64,000 bases of DNA from a bacterium. GTDB taxonomy: Bacteria > Bacteroidota > Bacteroidia > Sphingobacteriales > Sphingobacteriaceae. Both the position numbers and the translations under genes were made by a program. Within the stretch, counting starts at the first letter, position 1, and each line of letters opens with the position of its first letter. The DNA lies in assembly GCA_031363945.1 (NCBI GenBank), contig JANLVJ010000084.1, positions 14,225-78,224 of the forward strand. Direction: 5' to 3'. A model generated the notes under the pieces. It saw only the letters and a program-made list of their open reading frames with translations. It was not told where the DNA came from and ran no database searches. Positions 1 through 10,099 of the stretch are shown one piece after another.

Positions 1-1062
1 TATTTTGCTGCCTTTGGTCTTTCATTACTGATCATCAGATTTATATTTTACCAGCTCGATTATCTTATAAAGAAAAACGGTTATGTAAATACGAAAATTG
101 TCATTATTGGTAATAATGAAATCAGCCAAAAATTAGTGACTTACATTAGAGAATATAATCCAAATATCAAGATACTTGGTTATTTTGATGAAATTGAGCA
201 AGTTGAATCTTCCGATAAACTTGATTATCTCGGCGCATATACAAGTTGTATAGAATTTGCCAATGCCAATAATGTGACTGAGATTTATTCTACTCTGTCT
301 CCTGAAAAATACACCTACGTATATGAACTGGCCCATAAAGCAGAAACAAATATGATTCGATTCAAATTTGTACCTGATTTAAAAATGTTTGTTAACCGAA
401 CGATACATATCGACTTTATACAGGATATTCCAGTAATCTCATTAAGAGCTGAGCCGCTTGAAGATATGCCGTCACGTTTAAAGAAAAGGCTTTTTGATAT
501 CGTTTTCAGCTCATTTGTGATTGTGTTTCTGCTATCATGGCTATTCCCTATTCTGGCAATTTTAATTCTACTTGATTCTAAAGGCTCAGTATTTTTCACT
601 CAGTTACGATCAGGAAAACACAATAAACCTTTTTTATGCTTTAAATTCAGAAGTCTAAAAATGAATGATGAGAAAGATAGTGTGCAGGTTTCACGCAATG
701 ATCAGCGCTTTACCAAACTGGGTAAAATCTTACGAAAAACGAATATTGACGAATTACCACAATTTCTCAATGTGTTTATGGGGCATATGTCAGTCGTCGG
801 GCCCCGCCCTCACATGCTAAAACACACGGAACAATATTCAATACTAATGAATGAGTATATGATTCGTCATTTTGTCGTGCCAGGTATTACAGGATGGGCA
901 CAGGTAAATGGTTTCAGAGGTGAAATTACCAATGATGAGCATTTGAATAAAAGAATTGAATACGATATTTGGTATATGGAAAACTGGAGTATGCTGCTTG
1001 ATATCAAGATAATTTATATGACTTTAACGAATGTTTTTAAGGGAGAAAAAAACGCTTTTTAA
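1..1062 (+). CDS. Polyprenyl glycosylphosphotransferase (bacterial sugar transferase, WbaP/EpsB-like), 5'-partial
   Basis: Frame 1 is open from nt 1 (YFAAFGLSLLII...KIVIIGNNEISQKL, Rossmann-like linker). The tracked ORF 136..1062 is therefore only the tail of a CDS running off the window. The C-terminal half has the sugar-transferase signature (IDELPQFLNV, MSVVGPRPH, PGITGWAQVNG). Confidence 0.85.
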   Translation, partial: YFAAFGLSLLIIRFIFYQLDYLIKKNGYVNTKIVIIGNNEISQKLVTYIREYNPNIKILGYFDEIEQVESSDKLDYLGAYTSCIEFANANNVTEIYSTLSPEKYTYVYELAHKAETNMIRFKFVPDLKMFVNRTIHIDFIQDIPVISLRAEPLEDMPSRLKKRLFDIVFSSFVIVFLLSWLFPILAILILLDSKGSVFFTQLRSGKHNKPFLCFKFRSLKMNDEKDSVQVSRNDQRFTKLGKILRKTNIDELPQFLNVFMGHMSVVGPRPHMLKHTEQYSILMNEYMIRHFVVPGITGWAQVNGFRGEITNDEHLNKRIEYDIWYMENWSMLLDIKIIYMTLTNVFKGEKNAF

Positions 1063-1102
1063 AAAACATGTTTTAGATTAATCGACTTAAGAAATTACGC
1101 AA

Positions 1103-1130
1103 AATCCCTTATCTCATAAAAAAAGGGATT
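1103..1130 (+). terminator. Hairpin downstream of the sugar transferase (possible terminator)
   Basis: AATCCCTT / AAGGGATT 8-bp stem with an 11-nt loop, followed by a moderately T-rich tract (attctttct). Confidence 0.4.
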
Positions 1131-1396
1131 ATTCTTTCTATGACTTTGAACGCTGAATTAAGGTGGAGTTAGGCTGACCAGTTTTGTCAGTCTTTTCCCA
1201 TTATGCAGATGAGAAACGAGAATTTTCCCATCTTCAGACTGCACATATGATTTTGACTAGTTTAGGTTGATCAAAAGATACGTGTAGCTGTCATTGATCA
1301 GTTTATTGAGCGAATCATCGATATAGTCAAGGTATGATTTCTTACCATTTTTTCAAGCGTTCAAATTTTTATTATCGTTAAAGGATTGTAAAACTC

Positions 1397-3007
1397 TTAC
1401 AATAAAGCTTTTAACATATCAAGCGTATCAGCCTCTTCGGTTGGTTTATCTATTCGCCATCTAAGAATTCTTGGAAAACGAAGAGCAATTCCAGATTTAT
1501 GACGGCTTGATTTATTGATTCCCTCAAACCCAATTTCAAAAACTAAAACTGGTTTTACTGTTCGAACAGGGCCAAATTTTTCTAGCGTATTGCGTTTTAT
1601 AAAGAAATCTACTTTTTTTATTTCTTCATCAGTCAGACCAGAATAAGCTTTGGCAAAAGGAACGAGCTTATCACCATCCCAAACGGCAAACGTATAATCA
1701 GTATATAAATCAGCACGCCGGCCATGCCCTTTCTGAGCATAGATTAACACAGCATCAACACTTAGAGGATCGATCTTCCATTTCCACCAGTCTCCACGCC
1801 TGCGGCCTACCTGATAACCTGCAATTTTTCGTTTCAGCATTATACCCTCAGCTATCATCCCTCTGGAACCTTGTCTGATAATGGCAAGTTCGGGCCAAGT
1901 CTGGAAATGAATGATGGGTGAAAGATGAAAAATATCAGGGAAAGGACTTTCAGCCTGCAGTTTTTCAAGTAGCTCACGCCTTTCTGTAAGAGGCTTTTGC
2001 CTGATGTCTAGCCCTTCATATTCAATACAATCATAAGCAATTATGGCTACAGGACATTCAAGCAGAATTTTTTTTGTAAGATTTTTTCTACCAATCCTGG
2101 TTTGTAAAATATTAAAAGGCAGGGGTTTGTTTTCTGAAAAACAGATTAATTCTGCATCAATGACAGAACCATCTGGAAGTGCTGTCAGAAATGGGTGAAG
2201 CTCAGGAAATCTTGCTGTCGCCAGGTCTTCACCCCTTGACCAGATAAAGATTTCTCCCTTACGTTTGATGAGCTGAGACCTGATACCATCCCACTTCCAT
2301 TCAGCCTGCCATTGGTCTGACGGGCCAAGTGCTAGTTCGATCTCTACAGCAGTTTTTTGTTTTTCTGAAGTCTCCTGTATGGGATATGCCAAAAAGAAGG
2401 GATAAGGTCTTGAATTATATTCTTCGGCATTCTGAGTACCCGTCAGCATGGCATAAGTAAGGGTTTCAGGAGTCCAGTTACCCATTATCCGGTGAGTAAG
2501 CGTTGCTGCATCAATGCCAGAAAACTGTTCAATTGATTTTATGACTAGATTTTGAGATACTCCTACCCTAAAGCTCCCGGTCAATAATTTATTGAACACA
2601 AATCGCTCCTGAAGATCAAGCATAAACCAGGATGAAATCAACCAGTTTTTTCTATCATCTTCGGTTTGTGATGAAATTTCATTAATTTCAGAAATCCATT
2701 CATTTAGCGACTTTTCACTTGTGACTGTACTTTCAGGTATCAGGATTGCAATCGTTTCAGCCAGGTCTCCTACGACCTGGTAGCTTTCATCAAACAGCCA
2801 TTCAGGAATATCACATAATTCGATGGCCCATTTTTTTAATAATGTTGAATTAACTGGTCGTTTTGGTTTTCTGCCTGTAAAAAGTGCCAGCATCTGTATT
2901 TTGTCAGCATCAGGAACATTTCTAAAATAGGCAGTAAGTACAGCAACTTTTTGAGTGATTTTATTGGTTTCGTCTAATGAAAGAAAGAGCTGGGCAAATG
3001 CCTTCAT
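1397..3007 (-). CDS. ATP-dependent DNA ligase (ligase-associated DNA damage response type)
   Basis: 536 aa. Adenylation motif KxDG (AEWKWDGIRSQL), ligase motifs EGIMLK and LVFEIGFEG, OB-fold tail. 4-nt overlap with the upstream MBL exonuclease gene. Confidence 0.9.
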   Translation of the reverse strand: MKAFAQLFLSLDETNKITQKVAVLTAYFRNVPDADKIQMLALFTGRKPKRPVNSTLLKKWAIELCDIPEWLFDESYQVVGDLAETIAILIPESTVTSEKSLNEWISEINEISSQTEDDRKNWLISSWFMLDLQERFVFNKLLTGSFRVGVSQNLVIKSIEQFSGIDAATLTHRIMGNWTPETLTYAMLTGTQNAEEYNSRPYPFFLAYPIQETSEKQKTAVEIELALGPSDQWQAEWKWDGIRSQLIKRKGEIFIWSRGEDLATARFPELHPFLTALPDGSVIDAELICFSENKPLPFNILQTRIGRKNLTKKILLECPVAIIAYDCIEYEGLDIRQKPLTERRELLEKLQAESPFPDIFHLSPIIHFQTWPELAIIRQGSRGMIAEGIMLKRKIAGYQVGRRRGDWWKWKIDPLSVDAVLIYAQKGHGRRADLYTDYTFAVWDGDKLVPFAKAYSGLTDEEIKKVDFFIKRNTLEKFGPVRTVKPVLVFEIGFEGINKSSRHKSGIALRFPRILRWRIDKPTEEADTLDMLKALL

Positions 3008-4119
3008 AAGTTCGTTGGTTTACTGGCTTCAGTACCAGAAGTCGCAGTATTGATCTGGTTTGCCAGGTTTTGGCCAGTTAAGATAGTATCAGCTCCGGCA
3101 TCACCTATTAATTCTTCATTTTCATTGCCATACAACGTATGTACTTCACGAGCATCATATCCTTTTTCAGATAGATACCTGGAGAATGATGCCGTATAAC
3201 CGTGTGTAAGATAGACCTGCTCGCAATCAGTTGCGGCAATAGCACTGATTAAACCTGGCCAGTCTGCATGATCTGAGAGTACAAACCCACGGTCAGCGGC
3301 CCTTCGTTTTTTGGCTCCCCTGATTGCCATCCAACCAGAGCAATATCCAAAACTATAAGGCTGAAATTTACGCATCCATGCTGTACCCACAGATGAGGGA
3401 GGAGCGAGAATTATTCCTTTACGAACTTCATTTTTCGGTGAAGCCTGAACAATGCGCTCAGTTAAATTCAGGCTGACACCATTTCTACGAATTGCCTCAT
3501 TTGTATTTTCAATAACCCCATGGGTATAGACCTTACCGATTGATAAATCAAGGTTTTGTAAAATCCGCTGGGCTTTCCCGAGTGAATAGCCAACAATGAC
3601 GGTAGCAAGATCATGTTGCTGGTTATACCGCCACCAATTGTTGACTTCATTAAATATTGAAGCCTGATTTTTCCAGGTATATACTGGCATTCCAAAAGTG
3701 CACTCTGAAATAAAACTATGGCATTTAACAGGCATAAAGGGTGTTGAAATACCATCATCCTCTGTTTTATAATCACCTGACACCACCCATACTTCTCCTT
3801 TATATTCTACCCTGATTTGGGCTGAACCGATAACATGCCCTGCCGGAAATAAAGAAATCGTGACCCCATTTTTCGTCAGCGTATCACCATATTCAACCGT
3901 CTGTAAATTAATTGGTCCAAGACGGTATAACAGAACTTCTTTTGAAAGATGATGTGCCAGATAATGCCGGTGACCCTGATAAGCATGGTCAGAATGAGCA
4001 TGAGTAATAATGGCATCATCGACAGGTTTCCAGGGGTCGATATAAAAATTACCCTGTGGACAGTAGATTCCTCTGTCAGTGAATTCAAGTAAAGACTTTC
4101 TAGCCATAGCATTTAGCAA
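3004..4119 (-). CDS. Ligase-associated DNA damage response exonuclease (metallo-beta-lactamase / beta-CASP fold)
   Basis: 371 aa. MBL motif HAHSDH near the N-terminus and a later SDHAD motif. Translationally coupled to the ligase (ATGA overlap). Has a low-complexity C-terminal tail. Confidence 0.85.
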   Translation of the reverse strand: MLNAMARKSLLEFTDRGIYCPQGNFYIDPWKPVDDAIITHAHSDHAYQGHRHYLAHHLSKEVLLYRLGPINLQTVEYGDTLTKNGVTISLFPAGHVIGSAQIRVEYKGEVWVVSGDYKTEDDGISTPFMPVKCHSFISECTFGMPVYTWKNQASIFNEVNNWWRYNQQHDLATVIVGYSLGKAQRILQNLDLSIGKVYTHGVIENTNEAIRRNGVSLNLTERIVQASPKNEVRKGIILAPPSSVGTAWMRKFQPYSFGYCSGWMAIRGAKKRRAADRGFVLSDHADWPGLISAIAATDCEQVYLTHGYTASFSRYLSEKGYDAREVHTLYGNENEELIGDAGADTILTGQNLANQINTATSGTEASKPTNL

Positions 4120-4260
4120 GTTTCTAATGTATCAAAGTACACAACATTAAAAATTATACGAATGTTTAACAGTCAAAACTTATATTTAGGATAATAAAAC
4201 CTGTAATAATTGTTCAAAAGTTAAATTGTTCACCCTCTTCTTTAACTCTAAAAAAGAAAT

Positions 4261-5676
4261 ATGCTTTTTAACAGTTTTGTGTTTTTATTTTTTTTACTCA
4301 TAACGTTTGTAATTTATTACCTCCCGGTAGGCGTAGTACAAAGACAGCAAGTAGTAATTTTAATATTAGCCAGTTTTGTATTTTACGCCTATCAAAAACC
4401 TGTATTATTACTATTGCTACTATTTTCAATTCTAATCAATACTATCTTCAGCTATAGTATTTTCAAGAAAGGGCAACTTAGAGTAAAAGCTATTTTACTT
4501 TTAGGGGTTATCTTCAATCTGCTGATTCTTGCATTTTTTAAATATGGCCCTTTAATCGCTTCAACTATAGGGCAAGAGCTTAGTCTTAAAAATGGTATAC
4601 TTGATTTTATTTTAACAATTCCCCTGCCAATCGGAATTTCTTTTTACACCTTTGAAGGAATCAGCCTGCTACTTGATTTGTATACTGGTAAAATCATTTT
4701 CAGTGAAGAAATGCCTTCATTTTACTCACATCTTAAAAGAACTGCTTTTTTTATTTCCTTTTTCCCTCACCTGATTGCAGGTCCAATCTTAAAGGCCAGA
4801 GAGTTTTATCCGCAGATTGATTCAAAACGGTTTGATAGAATCTGTTGGGTTGAAGTTGTAAAAAAACTTGTAACAGGGTTTTTTCTTAAAATGGTTGTTG
4901 CCGATAATTTAAACACCATAACTGAAACCATCAGATATCCTTATTTTCAGGGCTTTTCATCACTGAATCTTCTGCTACTATTATTCGGCTATTCAATGCA
5001 AATATTTGCCGATTTCGCAGGCTATTCACTGATAGCAATCGGCCTGGGTCTATTATTTGGATATGAATTGCCAAAGAATTTCAACTTCCCCTATATCGCT
5101 TCATCCTTTTCAGAATTCTGGAGACGCTGGCATATTTCACTTTCGACCTGGTTGCGTGATTATTTATATATTTCATTAGGGGGCAACCGTAAAGGGGAAT
5201 TCAGAACCTATATTAACCTTTTTATTGTGATGCTATTAGGCGGATTATGGCATGGAGCATCCTGGAGCTATGGAGTTTGGGGAAGCATGCATGGTTTTTT
5301 TCTACTGATTGAAAGATTCATTCTTAAAGACAGGCTCAGTCAGCAAAAAAAAAGTTTTATTGGAATGATTTATGTTTTTTTTACTGTTTCGGTACTGTGG
5401 TTACTCTTTAAACTAACAGACTTCAGCTATTTTCTTGAGTATTTTAAAGCTATTTTCGAGAATAATCATATCCCGGTCAAGTTCGGGATTAACCAGGTTT
5501 CAATTTTATTCTATGCTGTTCCTGTGATCTTGTACCACCTGACCTATCTTTTGAAAGACAAAGAATCATTCAGTTTATGGTTTTCTAAAGTCGATTACCT
5601 TGGCTATGCCATGATGCTTTTTTTTATTCTTGTCGATAGTGGTGCCCAAGGTAAATTTATATACTTTCAATTCTAG
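4261..5676 (+). CDS. MBOAT family O-acyltransferase (AlgI/DltB-like)
   Basis: 471 aa polytopic membrane protein. MBOAT signature region RRWHISLSTWLRDYLYISLGGNR ... GLWHGASW with the conserved His. Confidence 0.85.
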   Translation: MLFNSFVFLFFLLITFVIYYLPVGVVQRQQVVILILASFVFYAYQKPVLLLLLLFSILINTIFSYSIFKKGQLRVKAILLLGVIFNLLILAFFKYGPLIASTIGQELSLKNGILDFILTIPLPIGISFYTFEGISLLLDLYTGKIIFSEEMPSFYSHLKRTAFFISFFPHLIAGPILKAREFYPQIDSKRFDRICWVEVVKKLVTGFFLKMVVADNLNTITETIRYPYFQGFSSLNLLLLLFGYSMQIFADFAGYSLIAIGLGLLFGYELPKNFNFPYIASSFSEFWRRWHISLSTWLRDYLYISLGGNRKGEFRTYINLFIVMLLGGLWHGASWSYGVWGSMHGFFLLIERFILKDRLSQQKKSFIGMIYVFFTVSVLWLLFKLTDFSYFLEYFKAIFENNHIPVKFGINQVSILFYAVPVILYHLTYLLKDKESFSLWFSKVDYLGYAMMLFFILVDSGAQGKFIYFQF

Positions 5677-5678
5677 TA

Positions 5679-6539
5679 ATGAAAAAGATCACACTCATCT
5701 TCATTTCATTTAGTATTCTGACAACTGCCTATTTACTTTTTCTGGCTTTTTTTCCTTTGAAAAAAAATGTGTTTTATACAAACGACGAACGTACAGAAGA
5801 ATATATTTATGCTAAAAAAGACTTCCCTATTGTTCTTGTAGGTTCCTCATTAAGCGGTGCATTTGAAGGCAGACATTTATTTAATCAACATTATTTCAAT
5901 TTATTTTTACCTTTTACAGGTTGCTGTACCGGGGTAGAAATTATTCGAAATTCACATAAATATCCAAAGTTTTTATTGATCGAGGTTAATCAATTTCACA
6001 ATGGAATTGACTCATCCCTTATCAAAGAAATCTTCAAGAGCCCTCTGTCACGATTTAAAAATCAGGTTTCGTTTTTGCAGAAAAAGAACAAGTTTTTTCC
6101 CAATATAATTGACAGGTTAAAAAAACCAGTTGGAACCAATACAAATAATAGTGCACCTCCGGCAATACTTTATAATCAGCTGATTTTATCGACGCAGAAA
6201 GAGTGGCATATCATACCAGATAAAAAAAAAATGCAGGCACAATTTATACGTTTGACCAGTACTCTTGATTATTTAAAAAGTAAGGGTACAACTATTCTGT
6301 TTTATGAAGTACCGATGGACAGTAGTATCAACCAATCAACATTATTAGTTTTCGAGCGCACACTATTTGAACAATATGCCCTGAAGAAAGGATATACTTA
6401 TATTCTTCCTGATCAAACCGACGTTTATCAAACTGGTGATGGATTGCATATGCTTGAAAATGCAGCTCAAAGGTATTTCCTATATTTCAAAGACCAGATA
6501 AATAAGGTAGCTGGTAAAACCCATGCCCAGCTCAACTAA
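5679..6539 (+). CDS. Membrane-anchored partner of the MBOAT protein, possibly an SGNH/DltD-like acyltransferase
   Basis: Starts 3 nt after the MBOAT stop. N-terminal TM anchor. VLVGSSLSG resembles SGNH block I and DGLHM near the C-terminus resembles block V (DxxH). The family call is inference from these two short motifs. Confidence 0.4.
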   Translation: MKKITLIFISFSILTTAYLLFLAFFPLKKNVFYTNDERTEEYIYAKKDFPIVLVGSSLSGAFEGRHLFNQHYFNLFLPFTGCCTGVEIIRNSHKYPKFLLIEVNQFHNGIDSSLIKEIFKSPLSRFKNQVSFLQKKNKFFPNIIDRLKKPVGTNTNNSAPPAILYNQLILSTQKEWHIIPDKKKMQAQFIRLTSTLDYLKSKGTTILFYEVPMDSSINQSTLLVFERTLFEQYALKKGYTYILPDQTDVYQTGDGLHMLENAAQRYFLYFKDQINKVAGKTHAQLN

Positions 6540-6640
6540 TTAGTGTAAGAAAAAATAGTTTGGAGTTGAGAGGTAATATAAATACGGGCCGAAAATTTGC
6601 AGTCTTAAAGTAGCTGTAAAAATAGGTCACAGCATTTAAA

Positions 6641-7900
6641 ATGAATACATTCAGAGCATTAAAAAGTAAAAACTACCGTCTGTATTTGGGAGGGCAATCA
6701 ATTTCATTGATTGGTACCTGGATGCAGCGCACCGCAGTCAGCTGGATTGTCTTTTCAATTACACACTCTACTTTTATGCTTGGGCTGACTCTTTTTGCGG
6801 GACAGTTTCCAACATTTGTGCTTTCTTTATTCGGAGGCGTCATCTCTGACCGTTATGATCGCTATAAAGTATTACTGACTACACAGATAGCATCTCTTAT
6901 TCAGGCCAGTTTACTGACCCTGTTAATCCTATTAAACCATTACAGAATCTGGGAAATCATCTGCTTGAGCATCATCCTTGGAATTATCAATGCATTCGAT
7001 GTACCAGCCAGACAGGCCTTGGTTTATGATATGGTAGATAATAAAGAAGATTTACCTAATGCACTGGCGCTAAACTCTTCAATGGTTAATTTTTCACGTA
7101 TTATCGGACCTGCTCTTGCAGGACTAATCCTGGAGAAATTTGGTGACGGAATATGTTTTGGTATAAATGCCTTTAGTTTTCTTCCTGTGATCATATCACT
7201 GTTGAATATGAAATTGCCTGCATATTTACCTGTAAAACACGTTAAGAATATATTGGGTGAATTAAAAGAAGGTATGGTCTATCTCAAAAATACGCCCTCA
7301 ATATCATTGATCATACTTATGCTGGGATTGATCAGTCTATTTGTTCTCCCCTTTAACACCCTTATCCCTGTTTATGCAAAGGTGATTTTCAAAGGCACAG
7401 CATCAACATTTGGAGTTATTGATGCCTTGGTGGGCCTTGGAGCCTTTTCAGCTGCAATGTTTCTTGCTTCTTTAAAATCAGGTAAAAATCTCAGGTTGAT
7501 ACTTGCTATAAATACACTCATTTTTGGAGCAGGTCTGGTACTGTTTTCCTATGAACGAAATTATATCTTGGCCCTTATTTTTGCTGCCATAACTGGTTTT
7601 GGTATGATGTCACAAATTACCATCTCAAATACTATTATTCAAACCTCGGTGACCCCGTCGATGCGAGGTCGTATAATTAGCTTTTATGCCATGGCTTTTT
7701 TTGGGATGATGCCTATAGGCAGCCTGCTCGTTGGTTTAATTTCAAGATGGGTGGGTGTTCCCAGAACAGTTTTATTTGAAGGATTCACGGCACTTATCAT
7801 TGGGTTAATCCATTTTTATCATATTTTCAAAAAAAGTCAACAGCTTGAAAATCATAAAACAGTACTTATTTTACCTACGGTCACTGAACAGCCAATGTAG
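6641..7900 (+). CDS. MFS transporter (MFS_3 / EntS-like)
   Basis: 419 aa, about 12 hydrophobic segments. N-terminus YRLYLGGQSISLIGTWMQ and DRYDR loop motif are typical of this MFS subfamily. Confidence 0.8.
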   Translation: MNTFRALKSKNYRLYLGGQSISLIGTWMQRTAVSWIVFSITHSTFMLGLTLFAGQFPTFVLSLFGGVISDRYDRYKVLLTTQIASLIQASLLTLLILLNHYRIWEIICLSIILGIINAFDVPARQALVYDMVDNKEDLPNALALNSSMVNFSRIIGPALAGLILEKFGDGICFGINAFSFLPVIISLLNMKLPAYLPVKHVKNILGELKEGMVYLKNTPSISLIILMLGLISLFVLPFNTLIPVYAKVIFKGTASTFGVIDALVGLGAFSAAMFLASLKSGKNLRLILAINTLIFGAGLVLFSYERNYILALIFAAITGFGMMSQITISNTIIQTSVTPSMRGRIISFYAMAFFGMMPIGSLLVGLISRWVGVPRTVLFEGFTALIIGLIHFYHIFKKSQQLENHKTVLILPTVTEQPM

Positions 7901-8114
7901 TAAATTCACATGAGCTGTCATTTTAGAGATGCTAAAAAACCTGGCTGTTCTTTTACAGCTATCTATTTCTATTAGATCCTAAATTCGGAAAATTAGGAAA
8001 ATATTTCTATCAGTAACCGGTAAAGTTCACCTAGTGAACTGGGTATTTCGCTACGATGGAGCGTAGAAAAGCCATATTGATACTACAATATCTGTATCTT
8101 CAAGCAGGAAACTT

Positions 8115-8407
8115 CAGGGGTTAGGTAACTACACTTAAGGACAAGCAAATCTTGTACTTCCAGTAGTCGGTTATTATTTTTTTGAGTTCCTATCACTAGA
8201 TCTTCATTGCTCAAAAATATAGCTTGTGTCTTTGAAGGTGTCATGACAATTGAAGAAGTTACATTAAATGGACTACTTGTAGGTCTGATACACCATGGCT
8301 GTTTCAATAGTTTCAAATGTAATATTACAAAGCATTTGTGTGTCGAAGGCTCAAATTCACTTACGGTCAGGGTTAAAAAGACTTCGGAAAATCAATATGG
8401 GAATTAG
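8115..8407 (+). pseudogene. Glycoside hydrolase family 2 N-terminal (sugar-binding domain) fragment
   Basis: ...CVFEGVMTIEEVTLNGLLVGLIHHGCFNSFKCNITKHLCVEGSNSLTVRV matches the GH2 pattern F.GV....V.lNG..vG.h.gg..pF.fdiT..l..g.N.l.V.V. Upstream pieces (GLGNYTLR) are in another frame. There is no catalytic domain downstream. Confidence 0.5.
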
Positions 8408-8703
8408 CCTCCATATATTTTTCGAATAAAGCTGACAGCTCTGTTTCTAATTTTCCTTACCTGACCTCTTTGGTGGGGAGGTTTAACTGCACTGTTTATC
8501 GCATTTATATTGTTTATATTTATTTTACCTATTGAGCTATTTAAGGAAGTAAAGTAAACTGGAAATAGCTTAAAAATATCTAGTAATGAAAAATATGATA
8601 GCGGCTTTTATTCTGCATGGATATAGAATCATTTATGCCGGACACGATACAACCCTCTTTGATTTCAAGAAAATTGATTCTGCAGGGCTAATGATGAATG
8701 CAA

Positions 8704-9075
8704 TTATTGTAAACCAGAGCGTAACCCTTCACAGAATGTCAGGCCCATGGTCATCTGTTTATTCAGTGAATCAGGGAAGTGAATTTTATGCCGATCTACT
8801 TTGTATGAAAGAATTAGAAAACATTCAAAAAAACAAGCCTTAATAAAGTGCAAGTCGCATCTTGATGTTCGCTCCATTATAAACACCATTCTCAAGTTCA
8901 ATTTCAGTAAAGCAAAAAGAATAGCTTCTCCTGGGTCAAAAATTGTTGTTTATTGGCTTTCAATAACTTACCTATCAACATCTTCTACTGTACAGTACTC
9001 TTCAAGCCATATCCTGTTCAAATTTTTGAAATAAAGTTGATATTCAGGTTGATAGTGTATAATGGCAATTTTCAT
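8704..9075 (-). pseudogene. GNAT N-acetyltransferase relic with in-frame stops
   Basis: Minus-strand translation from ATG at 9075 reads MKIAIIHYQPEYQLYFKNLNRIWLEEYCTVEDVDR*VIESQ*TTIFDPGEAILFA... This is a GNAT-like N-terminus interrupted by TAG and TAA. The rest is weakly GNAT-like. Confidence 0.4.
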
Positions 9076-9362
9076 TTTTGTACTGATAAGCTCCATAAAT
9101 TACAGAAGAATTATCAGTGAGTGTGAAAAATGAAAGTCTTAACCTGTTCAAGGAATTAAAAGCCCAGGCTCACATACTTAAAAGTTGGATATTGTTCAAA
9201 TTACTTGTTATTTTAGTGACTTTAATGGGCTTTTGACACCCTTTAATGAGATAGTTGTTTTTGACTGGTTTACTTATTAGTATCGCGGTGATTGTTCCTC
9301 CGTAGACCGACTAATCTTTGATAAATTGAAATTTCTCGGTCTGTTGGCCTAGGTAGCATATC

Positions 9363-10013
9363 TTATTTTACTTCCCATTCTGCAAAAAATTCGGCAAGAT
9401 AGGTAACCATAAATTCATGTCTATGTTCTGCCAGTTTTTTACCTGTATCAGTATTAAATAAATCTTTAAGACGTAGCAATTTTTCGTAAAAGTGGTTAAG
9501 TGTTGGTCCCTTTGAATTTTTGTACTCTTCTCTAGTCTGATTGAAATTTGGTGGAATATTCGGATTGTAAATTTCTCTATTTTTATAGCCCCCAAAATTG
9601 AAGGCTCGTGCAATACCAATCGCCCCCATAGCGTCGAGTCTATCAGCATCTTGCACTACATGCAATTCTATACTTTTAGATTTTATCTGGCTAAATGAAG
9701 ATTTAAACGAAATATCGGTTATTATTTGCTGAACCTGGCTTATGGTCTCAGGATCGACAGCATTACTCACTAAAAACTGACTAGCAAGCTTTGGTCCTAT
9801 TGTTTCGTCTCCTGCATGAAATTTACTATCAGCAATATCATGTAATAAAGCGGCAAGTTCAACCACCAGTAAATTTACCTTTTCTTCTCGGGCTATCAAT
9901 TTGGCATTTTGCCAAACACGATAAATATGCCACCAGTCATGCCCACCTTCTGCATTATGAAGAATATTACGGACGTAAAATTCAGTTTTTACAATAAGTT
10001 TTTCAGAAGTCAT
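9363..10013 (-). CDS. HD domain phosphohydrolase (YedJ-like)
   Basis: 216 aa. HD motif (HDWWHIYRV ... LLHDIADSKF) and downstream DADRLDAMGAIG. Confidence 0.8.
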   Translation of the reverse strand: MTSEKLIVKTEFYVRNILHNAEGGHDWWHIYRVWQNAKLIAREEKVNLLVVELAALLHDIADSKFHAGDETIGPKLASQFLVSNAVDPETISQVQQIITDISFKSSFSQIKSKSIELHVVQDADRLDAMGAIGIARAFNFGGYKNREIYNPNIPPNFNQTREEYKNSKGPTLNHFYEKLLRLKDLFNTDTGKKLAEHRHEFMVTYLAEFFAEWEVK

Positions 10014-10099
10014 TTTTAGTACAGAGTCAAATAATAACTGACATGCTACATAAAAAAGTTACCATTAACGTAACATAAATGATATAACTTCAATTTATA

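Noticed and set aside
8586-9034. Small ORFs 8586..8843 (+), 8704..8901 (-) and 8801..9034 (+) as real genes
   Set aside because: They have no motifs and overlap each other. The region is better explained as a decayed GNAT gene on the minus strand.
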